Assembly (NCBI RefSeq): GCF_018350175.1
Contig: NC_058368.1
Coordinates: 210,430,001 to 210,494,000 of the forward strand
Direction of reading: 5' to 3'
Length of the DNA: 64,000 nucleotides
Source of the DNA: Felis catus
Taxonomy: Eukaryota
The notes below the pieces were generated by a model that had not been told where the DNA came from, did not search any database, and saw only the letters and a list, made by a program, of their open reading frames with translations. Made by a program: the position numbers and the translations under genes. Below, one piece after another: positions 61,301 through 64,000 of this stretch; position 1 is the stretch's first letter; each line of letters begins with the position of its first letter.

Positions 61301-64000
61301 GACTCTTATTTGTTGGGAGATTTTTGATAACCGATTCAATTTCTTTGCTGGTTATGGGTCTGTTCAAGCTTTCTATTTCCTCCTCATTGAGTTTTGGAAG
61401 GGTGTGGGTGTTTAGGAATTTGTCCATTGCTTTCAGGGTGTCCGGTTTGTAGGCATATAATTTTTCATAGTATTCCCTGATAATTGCTTGTATCTCTGAA
61501 GGATTGGTTGTAATAATTCCATTTTCATTCATGATTTTATCTATTTGGGTCATCTCCCTTTTCTTTTTGAGAAGCCTGGCTAGAGGTTTATCAATTTTGT
61601 TTATTTTTTCAAAAAACCAACTCTTGGTTTCATTGATCTGCTCTACAGTTTTTTTTAGATTCTATATTGTTTATTTCTGCTCTGATCTTTATTATTTCTC
61701 TTCTTCTGCTGGGTTTAGGCTGTCTTTGCTGTTCTGCTTTATTTCCTTTAGGTGTGCTGTTAGATTTTGTATTTGGGATTTTTCTTGTTTCTTGAGACAG
61801 GCCTGGATTGCAATGTATTTTCCTCTCAGGACTGCCTTCGCTGCATCCCAAAGTGTTTGGATTATTGTATTTTCATTTTTGTTTGTTTCCATATATTTTT
61901 TTAATTGCTTCTCTAATTGCCTGGTTGAGCCATTCATTCTTTAGTAGGGTGTTCTTTAACCTCCATGCTTTTGGAGGTTTTCCAGACTTTTTCCTGTGGT
62001 TGATTTCAAGCTTCATAGCATTGTGGTCTGAAAGTATGCATGGTATGATTTCAATTCTTGTATACTTATGAAGGGCTGTTTTGTGACCCAGTATGTGATC
62101 TATCTTGGAGAATGTTCCATGTGCACTTGAGAAGAAAGTATATTCTGTTGCTTTGGGATGCAGAGTTCTAAATATATCTGTCAAGTCCATCTGATCCAAT
62201 GCATCATTCAGGGTCCTTGTTTCTTTATTGACTGTGTGTCTAGATGATCTATGCATTCCTGTAAGTGGAGTGTTAAAGTCCCCTGCAATTACCACATTCT
62301 TATCAATAAGGTTGCTTATGTTTGTGAGTAATTGTTTTATATATTTGGGGGCTCCCGTATTCGGTGCATAGACATTTATAATTGTTAGCTCTTCCTGATG
62401 GATAGACCCTGTGATTATTATCTAATGCCCTTCTTCATCTCTTGTTACAGCCTTTAATTTAAAGTCTAGTTTGTCTGATATAAGTATGGCTACTCCAGCT
62501 TTCTTTTGGCTTCCAGTAGCATAATAAATAGTTCTCCATTCCCTCACTCTCAATCTGAAGGTGTCCTCAGGTCTAAAATGAGTCTCTTGCAGACAGCAAA
62601 TAGATGGGTCTTGTTTTTGTATCCATTCTGATACCCTATGTCTTTTGGTTGGCGCATTTAGTCCATTTACATTCAGTGTTATTATAGAAAGATATGGGTT
62701 TAGAGTCATTGTCCGTAGGTTTCATGCTTGTAGCGATGTCTCTGGTACTTTGTCTCACAGGATCCCCCTTAGGATCTCTTGTAGGGCTGGTTTAGTGGTG
62801 ACAAATTCCTTCAGTTTTTGTTTGGGAAGACCTTTATCTCTCCTTCTATTCTAAATGACAGACTTGCTGGATAAAGTATTCTCGGCTGCATATTTTTTCT
62901 GTTCATCACATTGAAGATCTCCTGCCATTCCTTTCTGGCCTGCCAAGTTTCAGTAGAGAGATGGGTCACAGGTCTTATACGTTTCCCTTTATATGTTAGA
63001 GCACGTTTATCCCTAGCTGCTTTCAGAATTTTCTCTTTATCCTTGTATTTTGCCAGTTTCACTATGATACGTCGTGCAGAAGATCGATTCAAGTTACGTC
63101 TGAAGGGAGTTCTCTGTGCCTCTTGGATTTCAATGCCTTTTTCCTTCCCCAGATCTGGGAAGTTCTGAGCTATGATTTCTTCAAGTACACCTTCAGCACC
63201 TCTCCCTCTCTCTTCCTCCTCTGGAATACCAATTATACGTAGATTATTTCTCTTTAGTGCATCACTTAGTTCTCTAATTTTCCCCTCATATTCCTGGATT
63301 TTTTAATCTCTTTTTCTCAGCCTCTTCCTTTTCCACAATTTTATCTTCTAGTTCACCCATTCTCTCCTCTGCCTCTTCAATCTGAGTCGTGGTCATCTCC
63401 ATTTTATTTTGCAGCTCATTAATAGCATTTTTTAGCTCCTCCTGGCTGTTTCTTAGTCCCTTGATCTCTGTAGCAATAGATTCTCTGCTGTCCTCTATAC
63501 TGTTTTCAAGCCCAGAGATTAATTTTATGACTATTATTCTAAATTCACTTTATATTGTTTAAATCGTTTTTGATCAGTTCGTTAGCTGTCGTTATTTCCT
63601 GGACGTTTTTTGAGGGGAATTCTTCCGTTTCATCATTTTGGATAGTTCCTGGAGTGATGCGGAACTGCAGGGCACTTCCCCTGTGCTGTCTTGAATAATT
63701 TGCATTGGTGGGTGGGGCGCAGTCAGACCTGATGTCTGCCCCCAGCCCATCGCTGGGGCCACAGTCAGACTGGTGTGTGCCTTCTCTTCCCCTCTCCTAG
63801 GGGCAGGATTCACTGTGGGGTGGCATGGCCCATCTGGGCTACTTGCACACTGCCAGGCTTGTGGCGCTGGGGATCTGTCGTATTAGCTGGGATGGATCGG
63901 CAAGGTGCACAGGGGCCGGAGGGGCTGGCTCAGCTTGCTTATCCTTTGGTGATCCGCTTCTGGAGGGACCCTGCGGCACCGGGAGGGAGTCAGACCCCCT
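58369..64000 (-). mobile_element. Near full-length LINE-1 (carnivore/felid type), inactive; 5' end beyond the window
   Basis: Poly-T at 58369, then 3' UTR, ORF2 fragments ([44 protein letters not shown] at 62709), ORF1 fragments and 5' UTR; multiple frameshifts plus a SINE insertion. Confidence 0.97.
59944..60189 (-). mobile_element. Young felid SINE inserted in L1 ORF2
   Basis: TSD GCTTGTTCTAGTTTT at 59929-59943 and 60190-60204; long T tail; CpGs intact. Confidence 0.95.

Noticed and set aside
60447..61553. 368-aa RT-containing ORF as an active retrotransposon or domesticated gene
   Set aside because: It is a fragment of L1 ORF2 bounded by frameshifts, and the element also carries a SINE insertion.

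Overview
Mammalian genomic DNA, almost certainly from a felid: it carries tRNA-derived carnivore SINEs of the feline type and carnivore-type L1 elements. The window holds two tandem, + strand paralogues of the UDP-glycosyltransferase 3A (UGT3A) family. Copy A shows exons 3-7 (10044-22448); its exons 1-2 should lie left of the window, beyond an antisense L1 inserted about 70 nt into intron 2. Copy B is complete, with 7 exons (30263-57068) giving an uninterrupted 521-aa ORF that has a signal peptide, the catalytic His, the UGT signature, a TM helix and a KxKxx ER motif. The two copies form a patchwork of near-identical multi-kb tracts and clearly diverged blocks, which points to an older duplication with repeated gene conversion. 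Amino-acid differences concentrate in the N-terminal acceptor-binding half, and both copies carry Leu at the known sugar-donor selectivity position. Other features: two 5'-UTR-containing, inactive antisense L1s at the window ends; a fossil class III (ERV-L-like) pro/RT in intron 2 of both copies; a sense gamma-like solo LTR upstream of copy B that encloses about 500 bp of apparently older host DNA; an antisense solo LTR with 6-bp TSD just before exon 7 of copy B; and many copy-specific SINE/L1 insertions. Identities and counts are by eye, and no database searches were run.
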